This document shows, one piece after another, positions 1-11,776 of a DNA stretch of 64,000 nt. The notes beneath the pieces are model-generated. The model searched no databases, was not told the origin of the DNA, and was given only the letters and a program-made list of their open reading frames with translations. The stretch comes from Narcine bancroftii (lineage: Eukaryota): NCBI RefSeq assembly GCF_036971445.1, contig NC_091478.1, positions 30,566,001 to 30,630,000 of the forward strand, read 5' to 3'. Positions within the stretch are counted from its first letter, which is position 1, and every line of letters begins with the position of its first letter. The translations under genes were made by a program, and so were the position numbers.

Positions 1-487
1 TTTTGTTTCTGATGCTTGACAAAGGTAAATGTAACTTTCAATACAATTTATAAAAATTGTGTCAGTGTATTTGCTGAAGACCATTACTTACATAATGTCA
101 TGCGTTATAATACTGAGAAAGTAGCTTATAGCCAGAGATGAAATATTTATTAAAGATTTGCAGCATTTTGTGTATAACGGCACATGGCTTAATTTGCATA
201 ATTTTCAGATATTTGATATGTAACTATGGAGAAAAAATACAAAAGATACCAAGCAATACATCATTTTTAGCAGGTCTTTCAAAAGAAATGCGGAACTCAC
301 ACTTTCAAAAGGCTGTTGATGTTGGGAGGGGGGTCAGTAAAGATTTTTATGTCTGAGATCCAGGGATTTCTTGGGTAAACAAATCAACAAATAAAGTAAT
401 GGGAGGCATAGATCATTTTCTATTACCCTAAATCTCCATCACTTTAAAGATACATTGAGAAACTTCCCACAAAATAATATCATTTAT

Positions 488-872
488 GGTTTTTAGACTG
501 CAGTGTCGGGGAAAATCGCAGAAAAAAATTTAACATAATTACTGCCCGTGTGGTCATTCACACTGGGCAGTGTTTAGACTGCGAGTACCCGCATTCAACA
601 GTCCTGGTGGTTAGTTAGACGTGCAGTAGAGTGGATCACCATCAACAAATTTTTCTGGTACTATTTACACTGGAGGCTTCCTCCAAAAGGTTGTAGGGGT
701 CCAGCAGGATAAATCGTGGTGCAGGAAGTGACTAAAAATTCCTGCACATTCTTTTTTAGACTGCCCGTGTCGTGGCAAAATTCTTTAATTGTGCCATTAC
801 ATGTTAAAAACCATAACTTGCAATTCACGGTCTGCCGTATTCTACTGCCAAACATAAAAGCAGTTTAGAAGC
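488..872. mobile_element. Putative PIF/Harbinger-like MITE
   Basis: Imperfect terminal inverted repeats (gtttttagactgc ... gcagtttagaagc, 10/13) and internal repeats of tttagactgc/tttacactgg. Family assignment is by resemblance only. Confidence 0.4.
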
Positions 873-892
873 TCAAGAAACACAGTTTACAT

Positions 893-2790
893 TGAATGTA
901 AGAGGAATCTTAAGAGAGGAATTAGGAAAGCTAAAAGAAGGTACGAGGAAACTATGGCAAGCAGGGTGAAAACTAATCCAAAAGAGTTCTACAAATAAGA
1001 GGAAAGCTAGAGACAAAATTGGTCCCTTAGAAAATCAGAGCGGAAAACTGTGTGTGGAGCCTAGAGAAATGGGGGAGATATTGAACAGTTTCTTTTCTTC
1101 GGTATTCACTAAGGAGAAGGATATTGGGAGATGTGAGATAAAAAAAGCAAATTGGGTAAATATGGGGAATATAGAGATTACAAAAGGTGTAGTTTTAAGG
1201 CTTTTGAAGAATATAAAGGTGGATAAGTCTCCGGGACCAGACGGGATCTTCCCCAGGACATTGAGAGAAGTGAAGGAGGAAATAGCAGAGGCTCTGGCGG
1301 TAATTTTCCAAATGTCATTAGATATGGGGATAGTGCCGGAGGATTGGCGCATTGCGCATGTGGTTCCATTATTTAAAAAGGGTTCAAGGAGGAAGCTTGG
1401 CAACTATCGGCCTGTAAGTTTGACGTCTGTGGTAGGTAAATTAATGGAGAAAATTCTTAGAGATAGTACTTATAAACATCTGGATAGACAGGGTCTGATC
1501 AGGAGCACTCAACATGGATTTGTGGGAGGAAGGTCATGTTTGACCAATCTGATTGAATTTTTTGAAGAGGTGACTAGGAATGTGGATGAGGGTAGCGCAG
1601 TGGATGTTGTCTATATGGACTTCAGTAAGGCCTTCGATAAGGTACCACATGGAAGGTTAGTTAGGAAGGTGCAGTCTTTAGGTATAAATTTTGAGATAGT
1701 CAAATGGATTGAACATTGGCTAAAAGGGAGAGGCCAGAGAGTAGTAGTGGATAATTGTCTGTCAGGTTGGAGGCCGGTGACCAGTGGTGTGCCTCAAGGA
1801 TCTGTATTGGGCCCATTGTTGTTCGTTATATACATTAATGATCTAGATGATAGGGTGGTGAATTGGATTAGTAAATATGCAGACGATACTAAGATAGGTG
1901 GAATAGTGGATAATGAAGAAGGTTTTCAAGGATTGCAGAGGGATTTGGGCTGCTTAGAAAAGTGGGCTGAAAAATGGCAGATGAAATTTAATGCTGATAA
2001 GTGTGAGGTGCTTCATTTTGGTAAGAAGAATCAGAATAGGACATACGTGGTAAATGGGAGAGCATTGAGGAATACAGAAGAGCAGAAAGATTTAGGAGTA
2101 ACGGTACATCGTTCCCTGAAGGTAGAAACTCACGTGAATAGGGTGGTGAAGAAGGCTTTTAGTATGCTGGCCTTTATCAATCATTGCATGGAATATAGGA
2201 GTTGGGAGGTGATATTGAGATTGTATAAGACGTTGGTGCGGCCTAATTTGGAGTTCTGTGTGCAGTTCTGGTCGCCTAATTATAGGAAGGATATAAACAG
2301 AATAGAGAGAGTGCAGAGAAGGTTTACCAGAATGTTACCTGGGTTTAAGCATCTAGAGTATAGGGAGAGATTGGACAGATTAGGTCTTTATTCTTCGGAG
2401 CGTAGAAGGTTGAGAGGGGATTTGATAGAAGTATTTAAGATTATGAAAGGGATAGACAGAGTGGATGTGGATAGACTATTTCCGTTAAGAGGAGGAAAGA
2501 TTAAAACGAGAGGACATGAGTTAAGAATTAAGGGGCAGAGGTTTAGAGGTAACATGAGGGGGAACTTCTTTACTCAGAGAGTGGTAGCCGTGTGGAATGA
2601 GCTTCCGGGAGAAATAGTGGTGGCGGAGTCAATTGTATTATTTAAGAAAAGGTTGGACAGGTATATGGATGAGAAGAAGATGGAGGGTTATGGGCATTGT
2701 GCAGGGAGGTGGGACTAGAAAGGGGTGTTTGGTTCGGTGCGGACTAGAAGGGCCTAATGGCCTGTTTCCATGCTGTAATTGTTATGTTAT
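893..2790 (+). mobile_element. 5'-truncated CR1-clade LINE, young
   Basis: ORF2 RT region followed by a CR1-type 3' UTR (ggcctaatggcctgtttccatgctgtaa) ending in a short gttat repeat. Confidence 0.92.
1054..2718 (+). CDS. CR1 ORF2 reverse transcriptase domain (uninterrupted 554-aa portion, no endonuclease)
   Basis: Motifs KSPGPDGI, YRPVSLTS, YMDFSKAFDKVPH, SGVPQGSVLGP, KYADD and the CR1 C-terminal RRRLRGDLIEVFKI / TRGH / FFTQRVV. Confidence 0.88.
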   Translation: MEPREMGEILNSFFSSVFTKEKDIGRCEIKKANWVNMGNIEITKGVVLRLLKNIKVDKSPGPDGIFPRTLREVKEEIAEALAVIFQMSLDMGIVPEDWRIAHVVPLFKKGSRRKLGNYRPVSLTSVVGKLMEKILRDSTYKHLDRQGLIRSTQHGFVGGRSCLTNLIEFFEEVTRNVDEGSAVDVVYMDFSKAFDKVPHGRLVRKVQSLGINFEIVKWIEHWLKGRGQRVVVDNCLSGWRPVTSGVPQGSVLGPLLFVIYINDLDDRVVNWISKYADDTKIGGIVDNEEGFQGLQRDLGCLEKWAEKWQMKFNADKCEVLHFGKKNQNRTYVVNGRALRNTEEQKDLGVTVHRSLKVETHVNRVVKKAFSMLAFINHCMEYRSWEVILRLYKTLVRPNLEFCVQFWSPNYRKDINRIERVQRRFTRMLPGFKHLEYRERLDRLGLYSSERRRLRGDLIEVFKIMKGIDRVDVDRLFPLRGGKIKTRGHELRIKGQRFRGNMRGNFFTQRVVAVWNELPGEIVVAESIVLFKKRLDRYMDEKKMEGYGHCAGRWD

Positions 2791-2960
2791 TTTTTTAGAA
2801 ATACAACAAAGTAATAGGTAAGAAGCCCTCTGGCCCACAAGCCTGAACCACCCAAATACACCAGTTGACCTACAAACCCTGCGTTAGCTTTTTTAAAACC
2901 AATGTGCTATAAAGTCAAATTATATTCAAAAATATTTTACTCCACCAAAATTAAGTGAAT

Positions 2961-2966
2961 TTTAAT
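2961..2966 (-). promoter_or_regulatory. Candidate DNTT polyadenylation signal (ATTAAA)
   Basis: ATTAAA on the minus strand about 27 nt after the DNTT stop, followed by a T/G-rich stretch. Motif only, no transcript evidence. Confidence 0.3.
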
Positions 2967-2992
2967 GAAAAGGCACTTGTTCATTCTGGAGA

Positions 2993-3127
<135 letters not shown>

Positions 3128-6120
3128 TTAACTGAGCAGGGGTTGCTCTTTTTAATAACAGTGAACACCAAAATCAGATCATTGCTGTTGATGTAAGTAC
3201 ATGGGGAAACTGCCTCGAAAGATAGCTCTCCTCAATGTTGTTAAATGTGCCCTTTCGTTGCATCTGTGCAATGCAGTCTCTCTCATATACATTCCAATGC
3301 TTTTAATTAAATACATTTCAAAGGTAGAATACAAGGTGATGACACTACTAAGTAGGACCATTGATGCAAGTTGAATTTCCAGGCATGTATCTAAATATTC
3401 ATGTTAATTTTTAGAACTTTATAATAGATGTTTGAATACAAATAACGAGAATGATTTTGTGAGTGTTGATGTTGTGCCTTGTCCACCAGAGGTCCGTTTG
3501 TAAATTCACGATGGGCCTACAGGTTTCTGGCATTTAAATTCATCCCTCTACTCATAATATGTCAGGTTCGAATTGAGGCTTCTTATCACTATTACAGGCT
3601 TGCAAAATTACCCATTTTGTATTTGTATAAGTGAAACATTCAAAGCTGTTTAATAGTTTATATAAGAGAATGAAGAGCCAAGCATATCAGTTAAAACAAC
3701 AGGGAACCTTCTATTACCAATCATGTAATCCATCAACACCCACTTGCTTGTGTAATAATAGTACTGACATGAAGTCAGTAACATCACTCCTGTCAACATT
3801 CTTGATATTCATTCTACACAAGATATGAATCATCACTGAATATCAGTAAACCTTGCCACCCAGAAAGAAACAATCTTGCAAAAGAAAATAACTCATTCAC
3901 TATGGTTAAGGCCGGTGATATTATATATAATTATTAAAACACAGTAATTCAGGATTTTGATTCCACTTAACATCGCTATGTTGTCAAAATGTCCATTTCA
4001 ATATTTCAGTTGTCATTTGACCAATAAAACATTCCATGGGAAGTGTTATATTATTACAATTACCAATGCTGCAAACTGTTGGTGGACTTAGAGATATTGG
4101 AAGAAATCTATTCTTGAAAAAAATGTCAAAATATGTAATTTGCAAGTTCCCTCAGACAGCTTGAATAAGAATTTAGTTCCATGTCTCAATTAGAAAATTA
4201 GAAAAAATGTGTAATGAAATACAGATTAAATAACATTTCAAGAAGAGGTTGATTACTATAATTTTTCATTTGACCATAAAGGGAAACTCTAATTATATTT
4301 TTGTTGTCTACATAATCTGGTAACAAAATTAAGGTTGTATTTCATCTCCACTGATTACTGTCTCTCTCTTTTAATTTAGGAGCAGAGTTTTAGTTCTTTT
4401 TCACATTCAAAGATTTTCAGGGTATCAGCCATTCACTAGAATGGTTCTTGATGTTAACACAAGATTTTCCCAACATTAATTGTGCAGTATGCTTTACAAG
4501 CACTGTTTATCTTTAGTATTGCTTGAAATTTTGAGCATTTTTAATTTGAGGTTGAAATAAATGGGAGTGCTGTGATAACAATATCAGTAGCCTCAGTTTC
4601 AAATCAAAGCTGAAATTTTGATATGTGTGGCTTGGTGGTTACATTTCAAAATTAATCATCTAGAGGTCTTGGCCTGAACTGCAAAGGCAGCATCAGTTCA
4701 AATCTTGCTACGGCACATGGAAAATGTGAAGTTTTTAAATTTAAAAATGAATTTTAACAAATGCTAAGCTCAGTAGTAGTTGATCACGAAGTGATTGTTT
4801 CCTTGTGAAACCTATGTGGTTTCCATCATATGCCTGATCTGACTCACATGCTCAGAACAACAGGAGTCCTACCTGTGAAAATCAGTCATCCCAAGAATTT
4901 TTAGCAGTTCAGCTACTGAAGCTGGGAGTTCTCCCTTCAGAGCAAAGAAAATTAAACAGGTTTATGGAGGGCACAATCTTATTTCTGGATACACTGATTA
5001 ATTTTTTTTGAAGGAACAGAGGAAAGAAAGGGAATGAGTTCTGCTTGGATATAAAATCAAAACTGAACCAGAATCTGACCTAAGGATTTAAATCCAATGA
5101 ATTATTATTTTTCTCTAATATGCCTGGACCTCATGTGCTCAGCTCAGGTAGATGGGCTCTGACATACTGTCATACATTGAGAAATAAGACCCATTTTTTG
5201 TGTTGGCCACATACTCCTGGCTAATTGCAAGAAGTCAATTCTATCTCATGCCATAGTATTGACTCTTGGTCCATTTACTTATAAAGTGTGGACTCTGCCC
5301 AAGCTGATCTTAAATTGAGAAATTTTGGTTTAGATATCTGATCCATTCCAACAGAACAAGATATGTAGATTTTGGTGCCATCAAGTTAGACTCAAGTAAT
5401 TAGGCTCCACTTGTCCATATGGATTTTCAGAATGCACTTGACAACATTAATTCGTAAGATTTAAGCTCAAGAAATAGTTGCAATACATCCTAAAGAAATG
5501 GCTGTAAAACAGGAGGTAGAAAGTTGTGTTAAATGGTTGTTTTTCATACCAGTTAGTGTGGTTAGGTGTGTTCCAGGAGTCTGTGCTGGGACTCCTTCTT
5601 AATATATATGAATATGGATAAAATTTCAAAATTAGCAAAAGGAATCAATTTTGAAAACATGGTAATCAGTAAGAAATTTTTCTTTGATTTTGAGTATCTC
5701 TTTAAAAGATTTTGTATCTCTTTAAGCTAGTAACCCTATATGTCTTTTGTAACTATCATACAGTAAAGACTTTGTTATTCTTCGTTATGTAAGTCTTAAT
5801 GCAAAGCTATGCAAAATATTTTTTTCTCTATCAAAATTAAAACTACATAAAGTAACAGCCACAGAACTTGCTTTGTTGGATTAAAGAGATCAAAATTTGG
5901 GATATCGTAGCTCATGTTTTGGAAGATGATACACTGAAATTAGGATATATTAAAATAAGGAAAGTGTCGTCTATAGTTAACAAAGCATACGGGATCCTGG
6001 GAAATCCTGGAGCTTCCATTCTCCCACATAATTCATTTCTTCAAATGCCAATTTGAGTTCCAAAAACTATATTGCTGCCCAAATGCACCAACTTTCACCT
6101 TGCAAGGTGGAAGCTGATTT

Positions 6121-6382
6121 CCTTTTACACTGCCAATTACATGTGGGTTGAATCAGGTAATTTACCAGGTCTGTACCCTGTAATTGCGAGGTGTGAAACA
6201 TCCCAAGCTGGCAGGGCAAGTTAAATTCACTTAGTGGGGGCAAGTGTCAGAGCCCGGCTGAGTTAACTCATGAATTGCCTTCTGACAGTGTGAAAACACA
6301 ATCTGCTCTTGCATTGTCGCCGGTGGAGGCGGGACACGCCAGTTGCTGATTAACCAGGTAAATCATGGTGAAGTGGGAAAGG
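6121..6382. mobile_element. Putative Harbinger-like MITE remnant
   Basis: ccttttacact ... agtgggaaagg imperfect inverted ends, with internal gtgtgaaa repeats. Confidence 0.35.
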
Positions 6383-6753
6383 TTCCTGAGTGCAGCATGC
6401 CCAGTAAGTTTACCTGCTTTCTAGGAGGGTTGACAGAGTGAAGAGTGATGTGAACTGCAAATGGTATTAGCCCCATGCTGTGATATGCAGCTTGTCGAAA
6501 GTGCATTTGACATTGCTACATGTAGCGATCCTGTAAACAAGCAGGAACCTCTAAATGAAGTGCATCAGAAAGAACAGGGACAACTTTACTGTGTATATAA
6601 TCCATGTGTCCTTTATTACCCCAAAGTATTTGTCAGTTCTATTGCTGAATGAATATCAGGAAAATTCCTGCTTAGTGATGTTAATTTTTTTTTTTTTTTT
6701 TCTTTGGCTTGGCTTCGCGGACGAAGATTTATGGAGGGGGTAAAAAGTCCACG

Positions 6754-7852
6754 TCAGCTGCAGGCTCGTTTGTGGCTGACAAGTCCGATGCGGGACAGGC
6801 AGACACGGTTGCAGCGGTTGCAAGGGAAAATTTGTTGGTTGGGGTTGGGTGTTGGGTTTTTCCTCCTTTGCCTTTTGTCAGTGAGGTGGGCTCTGCGGTC
6901 TTCTTCAAAGGAGGTTGCTGCCCGCCAAACTGTGAGGCGCCAAGATGCACGGTTTGAGGCGTTATCAGCCCACTGGCGGTGGTCAATGTGGCAGGCACCA
7001 AGAGATTTCTTTAGGCAGTCCTTGTACCTTTTCTTTGGTGCACCTCTGTCACGGTGGCCAGTGGAGAGCTCGCCATATAACACGATCTTGGGAAGGCGAT
7101 GGTCCTCCATTCTGGAGACGTGACCCATCCAGCGCAGCTGGATCTTCAGCAGCGTGGACTCGATGCTGTCGACCTCTGCCATCTCGAGTACTTCGACGTT
7201 AGGGGTGTAAGCGCTCCAATGGATGTTGAGGATGGAGCGGAGACAACGCTGGTGGAAGCGTTCTAGGAGCCGTAGGTGGTGCCGGTAGAGGACCCATGAT
7301 TCGGAGCCGAACAGGAGTGTGGGTATGACAACGGCTCTGTATACACTTATCTTTGTGAGGTTTTTCAGTTGGTTGTTATTCCAGACTCTTTTGTGTAGTC
7401 TTCCAAAGGCGCTATTTGCCTTGGCGAGTCTGTTGTCTATCTCATTGTCGATCCTTGCATCTGATGAAATGGTGCAGCCGAGATAGGTAAACTGGTTGAC
7501 CGTTTTGAGTTTTGTGTGCCCGATGGAGATGTGGGGGGGCTGGTAGTCATGGTGGGGAGCTGGCTGATGGAGGACCTCAGTTTTCTTCAGGCTGACTTCC
7601 AGGCCAAACATTTTGGCAGTTTCCGCAAAGCAGGACGTCAAGCGCTGAAGAGCTGGCTCTGAATGGGCAACTAAAGCGGCATCATCTGCAAAGAGTAGTT
7701 CACGGACAAGTTTCTCTTGTGTCTTGGTGTGAGCTTGCAGGCGCCTCAGATTGAAGAGACTGCCATCCGTGCGGTACCGGATGTAAACAGCGTCTTCATT
7801 GTTGGGGTCTTTCATGGCTTGGTTCAGCATCATGCTGAAGAAGATTGAAAAG
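6754..7852 (-). CDS. RTE ORF, C-terminal half of RT (uninterrupted)
   Basis: FSIFFSMML...ELLFADDAAL...FTYLGCTIS...QLRWMGHVSRMEDHRLPK and a terminal C2H2-like CNRCNRVCLSRIGLVSH. Confidence 0.85.
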
Positions 7853-8800
7853 AGCAAACTCCGGGAGATCCAAAATGAGTGGTGGACTAGCCTCGCCAAA
7901 CGAACACAGCTCAGCGCGGACATTGGCGACTTCAGGGGTTTCTACGAGGCTCTAAAGGCTGTGTTCGGCCCCTCACCCCAAGTCCAAAGCCCGCTGCGCA
8001 GCTCAGACGGCAAAGTCCTCCTCAGCGACAAGATCTCCATCCTCAACCGATGGTCAGAACACTTCCAATCTCTTTTCAGTGCCAACCGCTCAGTCCAAGA
8101 TTCCGCCCTGCTCCAGCTCCCTCAACAGCCCCTAAGGCTAGAGCTGGATGAGGTTCCCACCCTGGATGAGACATATAAGGCAATCGAACAACTGAAAAGT
8201 GGCAAAGCAGCAGGTATGGATGGAATCCCCCCAGAAGTCTGGAAGGCTGGCGGCAAAACTCTGCATGCCAAACTGCATGAGTTTTTCAAGCTTTGTTGGG
8301 ACCAAGGTAAACTGCCTCAGGATCTTCGTGATGCCACCATCATCACCCTGTACAAAAACAAAGGCGAGAAATCAGACTGCTCAAACTACAGGGGAATCAC
8401 GTTGCTCTCCATTGCAGGCAAAATCTTCGCTAGGATTCTACTAAATAGAATAATACCTAGTGTCGCCGAGAATATTCTCCCAGAATCACAGTGCGGCTTT
8501 CGCGCAAACAGAGGAACCATTGACATGGTCTTTGCCCTCAGACAGCTCCAAGAAAAGTGCAGAGAACAAAACAAAGGACTCTACATCACCTTTGTTGACC
8601 TCACCAAAGCCTTCGACACCGTGAGCAGGAAAGGGCTTTGGCAAATACTAAAGCGCATCGGATGTCCCCCAAAGTTCCTCAACATGATTATCCAACTGCA
8701 CGAAAACCAACAAGGTCGGGTCAGATACAGCAATGAGCTCTCTGAAGCTTTCTCCTTTAACAATGGCGTGAAGCAAGGCTGTGTTCTCGCACCAACCCTC
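7853..8800 (+). CDS. RTE ORF, N-terminal half of RT (inverted, uninterrupted)
   Basis: GKAAGMDGIPPE, NYRGITLLS, ESQCGFR, FVDLTKAFDTV and GVKQGCVLAPTL, which continues directly into FSIFF of the minus-strand half. Confidence 0.85.
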
Positions 8801-10583
8801 TGATGTTAATTATCCCAGCAAGAAATACCCGCTTCTTCCTCTAAAAGTTCAATGAGTGTGACACAGTACCTGTACACCAAAAAGCCCTTGATTGCCATAA
8901 ACCCCTTGAAGCTCTACCACTCACCTTCATATGATGGTCAATCTATAGTAGCCAATTTTTAAAAATATGAAATATGTATGTGATTTTTTAAAAATCTGCA
9001 AGATTTGACATCTATCTCTGCCTTCCTTGCCATAAAATAATGACAACATACTCTCTAGACTGATGAAAGCAAGATATTACCACATAGATAAGGCTTGTTA
9101 AGAGTGATTCTGTATGAAATATAGGTTAATGAACAGATAGAAATGTTAGGATATACACAGACAGAGATGGTGGCTGTACCTGTCAGGTAACTTGGAGTGA
9201 AGAATGCTTTGCTGGACTCCAGTTTAGAAGGCAGGGGTGATACATACATCCTGTTGTAAATGAATGTCCCACTGTACTCATCTTTCCCATGCTGTTTAGG
9301 CCAAAAGTGTGAGTTTGGTATTGAATCGACACGTTAACAATATGGTTCCCGCTGCTCACTCCATTGGCAAAGCCCAAGCAGGTTTCAACTTTCAGTAGGG
9401 AAAAGGCACCACACACATCTCCCATTATTTACACATTCTGGCACCTACCTTCCATACAAATGTATTTTAAAAATTAAATATATAAATCATATTAACCACT
9501 CTTCCATTGATCACTTCGCACTCTGCAGGCAGAGAGAGATTTGGCTGTTTGCCAGATTTCTGGCACCAATTAACTGGTTAACAGGAAGTGCAAGAGTGAC
9601 ACTAAAGATGATTCACCTTCTAATTTTTCTTCCATCCCTTGGGGGAGACCTTTGCTTGTGCTTGGCACTTACCAGATGGCAATGCAAGATCCAGAATTTA
9701 CCAAGTGATTGATTATAGAACAAAACCTCATTGCAATATTACTAATGTTTCACACCAATAGCAAATGAATCTTGTTATCTGTTACTCAAATAAAATATTT
9801 TCCTATGTTAAATTCTATGCAAGCATCTTGGATTTTGAGCACCAAAATAAATTGGCAGAATGGATCCAGACTATCAAGTGCTTTTGTGATGCTTTCTGGA
9901 TATTGCATTGAGGGTTGTAAAGGTCCACAGAAAGGAAGGCTTCCCGGTGAGGAGTCATGTGATGGAGTAGTGGCCGGTAGAAGAAAAGAATGAAAAAAGT
10001 AAAGAAAAAGCAAAGCCTTACCTGCATGAAAAAGCAGGGACCCACCGTGGAAAGAGGAGCCCACTCCCCGCGGTTAGTGGAGACCCCGCAGGACTGCAAA
10101 AATGGCTCACGGAGCGAAACGGGTGCGCAACAGGGGAGGGAGGGGACCAGCTGTGGAGTGAAACTCCACAGCACGAACAGCTGAGAGAGACCCGACAGCA
10201 GGGTTCCCAGCTGGAAGATAAAGAAAACAATGGGAACGGGAGGGGTGAGAATGGAAAAAGGAAACTAGAGATACAACAAATAACCAACGCAGAAGAAGAG
10301 GACTAACATCTAGACACCATGGGAAAAAAAATACCCAATAAACTAAGACAAGCAGCTCAACAAGAAAGTCAGAAGTGACACAGATACAAGGAAGAGAAAT
10401 AGAAGACACAAACCCAAGAGCAGACACAGAAGAAGAAGAAGGAGAACACCAAGCTCTGCACAGAGGAATAGGAGGTAAAATGAATGGACAGTACATAGAT
10501 TTTTTAAAAATTTAAGAACAAATGAAAGCATTAAAAGAATGGTTGACACTAGAATTTAGTGAAATGAAAAGAAAAATGAAAAA

Positions 10584-11279
10584 GTGAGTAGAATAGAGCT
10601 GGTCATAACAGATGTAGGGAAAAGATTAGAAATTGTGGAAGAACGTGTAATGGCGGTAGAAATGGAAGTGAACAACTTAAAAAGAATATTAGAAGAAACT
10701 GATAAAAAAGTTAAAGAAACACAGGAGTTGTTAGCTCAGAAGATGAATATAATGGAAAACTATAGTAGGCAAAACAATATAAAGATAGTGGGCCTTAAGG
10801 AAGATGAAGAAGGCAAAGATATGAAAGAATTTATAAAAGAATGGATCCCAAAAGTCCTGGGAATGCCAGAAATGCAGGAAGGAATGGAAATAGAAAGGGC
10901 ACACAGAACATTAGCCCCGAAACCACAGTCACAACAAAAACCAAGATCCGTTTTAGTAAAATTACTGAGATACACGACAAGAGAAAATATATTGGAGAAG
11001 GCAATGAATAAAATTAGAGAAGACAAAAAACCACTGGAATACAAAGGTCAAAATTTTTTTTTCTACCCAGACATAAGTTTTGAGCTCCTGAAGAAGAGGA
11101 AGGAGTTTAATGCAGCAAAATCGATCCTATGGAAGAAAGACTATAAATTTATGTTAAGATATCCAGCGGTGCTTAAAATAGTTATCCCGGGGGAGCATAA
11201 CAGACTGTTCTTGGATCCGGAGAAAGCACGAGAATTTGCAGAACGGCTGCAAGACAAAAAGAGAGATGAAGAGACGTAA
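10584..11279 (+). CDS. L1 ORF1p (coiled coil, RRM and CTD portion)
   Basis: ENYSRQNNIKIVGLKE, EIERAHR, KPRSVLVKLLRY, FFYPDIS and YPAVLKI are typical L1 ORF1 motifs. Confidence 0.8.
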   Translation: MSRIELVITDVGKRLEIVEERVMAVEMEVNNLKRILEETDKKVKETQELLAQKMNIMENYSRQNNIKIVGLKEDEEGKDMKEFIKEWIPKVLGMPEMQEGMEIERAHRTLAPKPQSQQKPRSVLVKLLRYTTRENILEKAMNKIREDKKPLEYKGQNFFFYPDISFELLKKRKEFNAAKSILWKKDYKFMLRYPAVLKIVIPGEHNRLFLDPEKAREFAERLQDKKRDEET

Positions 11280-11776
11280 CAAGAACAAAGAACGACAACA
11301 AACTACATATAAAGAAGTAAAAATAATGTATAAGTAAGAACTAGAGGGAAGAAAAGGGAAGTAAGGGGGAAAAAAGAGGAGGGGTTAAAAAAATTAATAA
11401 TAAATAAATAAAACATTAAAAGAAAAAGAGAAGAAATGAGGGGGAGCTTTGTTGTAATGGGAAGATAAAAGTCTTTTTCTGGAGGGGATTGGGTGGGAGA
11501 GAATAACAGTCACTGCGAAATCAGTTGATACTTGCAAACGGGTTTGCAGTCCGAATGGACAGGGGAGTTGTGGTTGCCCAGCAAGGGACAAGGGGTGACT
11601 CAGAGAAGTGGGGGGGGGACACTTGGGGTTAAGGGAATTTTAGATGTGGGAATGATTGAAATGTTTTATGTTTTAGAAGTGTTGTCATACAGTGCATTCA
11701 AAATAAGAAATGGAAATGGGGAAAATGGGAAAGGTGGTGGTGAGGAAGCGGAAATGAGATGTAAACAAAGTATGAA

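Larger units (their letters stand above)
6687..8800 (-). mobile_element. RTE-clade LINE insertion with inverted 5' segment
   Basis: Poly(T) tail at the left end, 11-bp TSD tgatgttaatt (6676-6686 and 8801-8811), and a strand switch at about 7851-7854. Confidence 0.93.

Noticed and set aside
6754-8803. The ORF-track N-termini MSALSCVRL... and MLGSFMAWF... as real protein starts
   Set aside because: They are antisense read-through across the inversion junction at ~7852.
11676-11700. Minus-strand NALYDNT, resembling TdT HALYDKT
   Set aside because: It lies inside the L1 inter-ORF spacer and has no upstream homology or splice signals.
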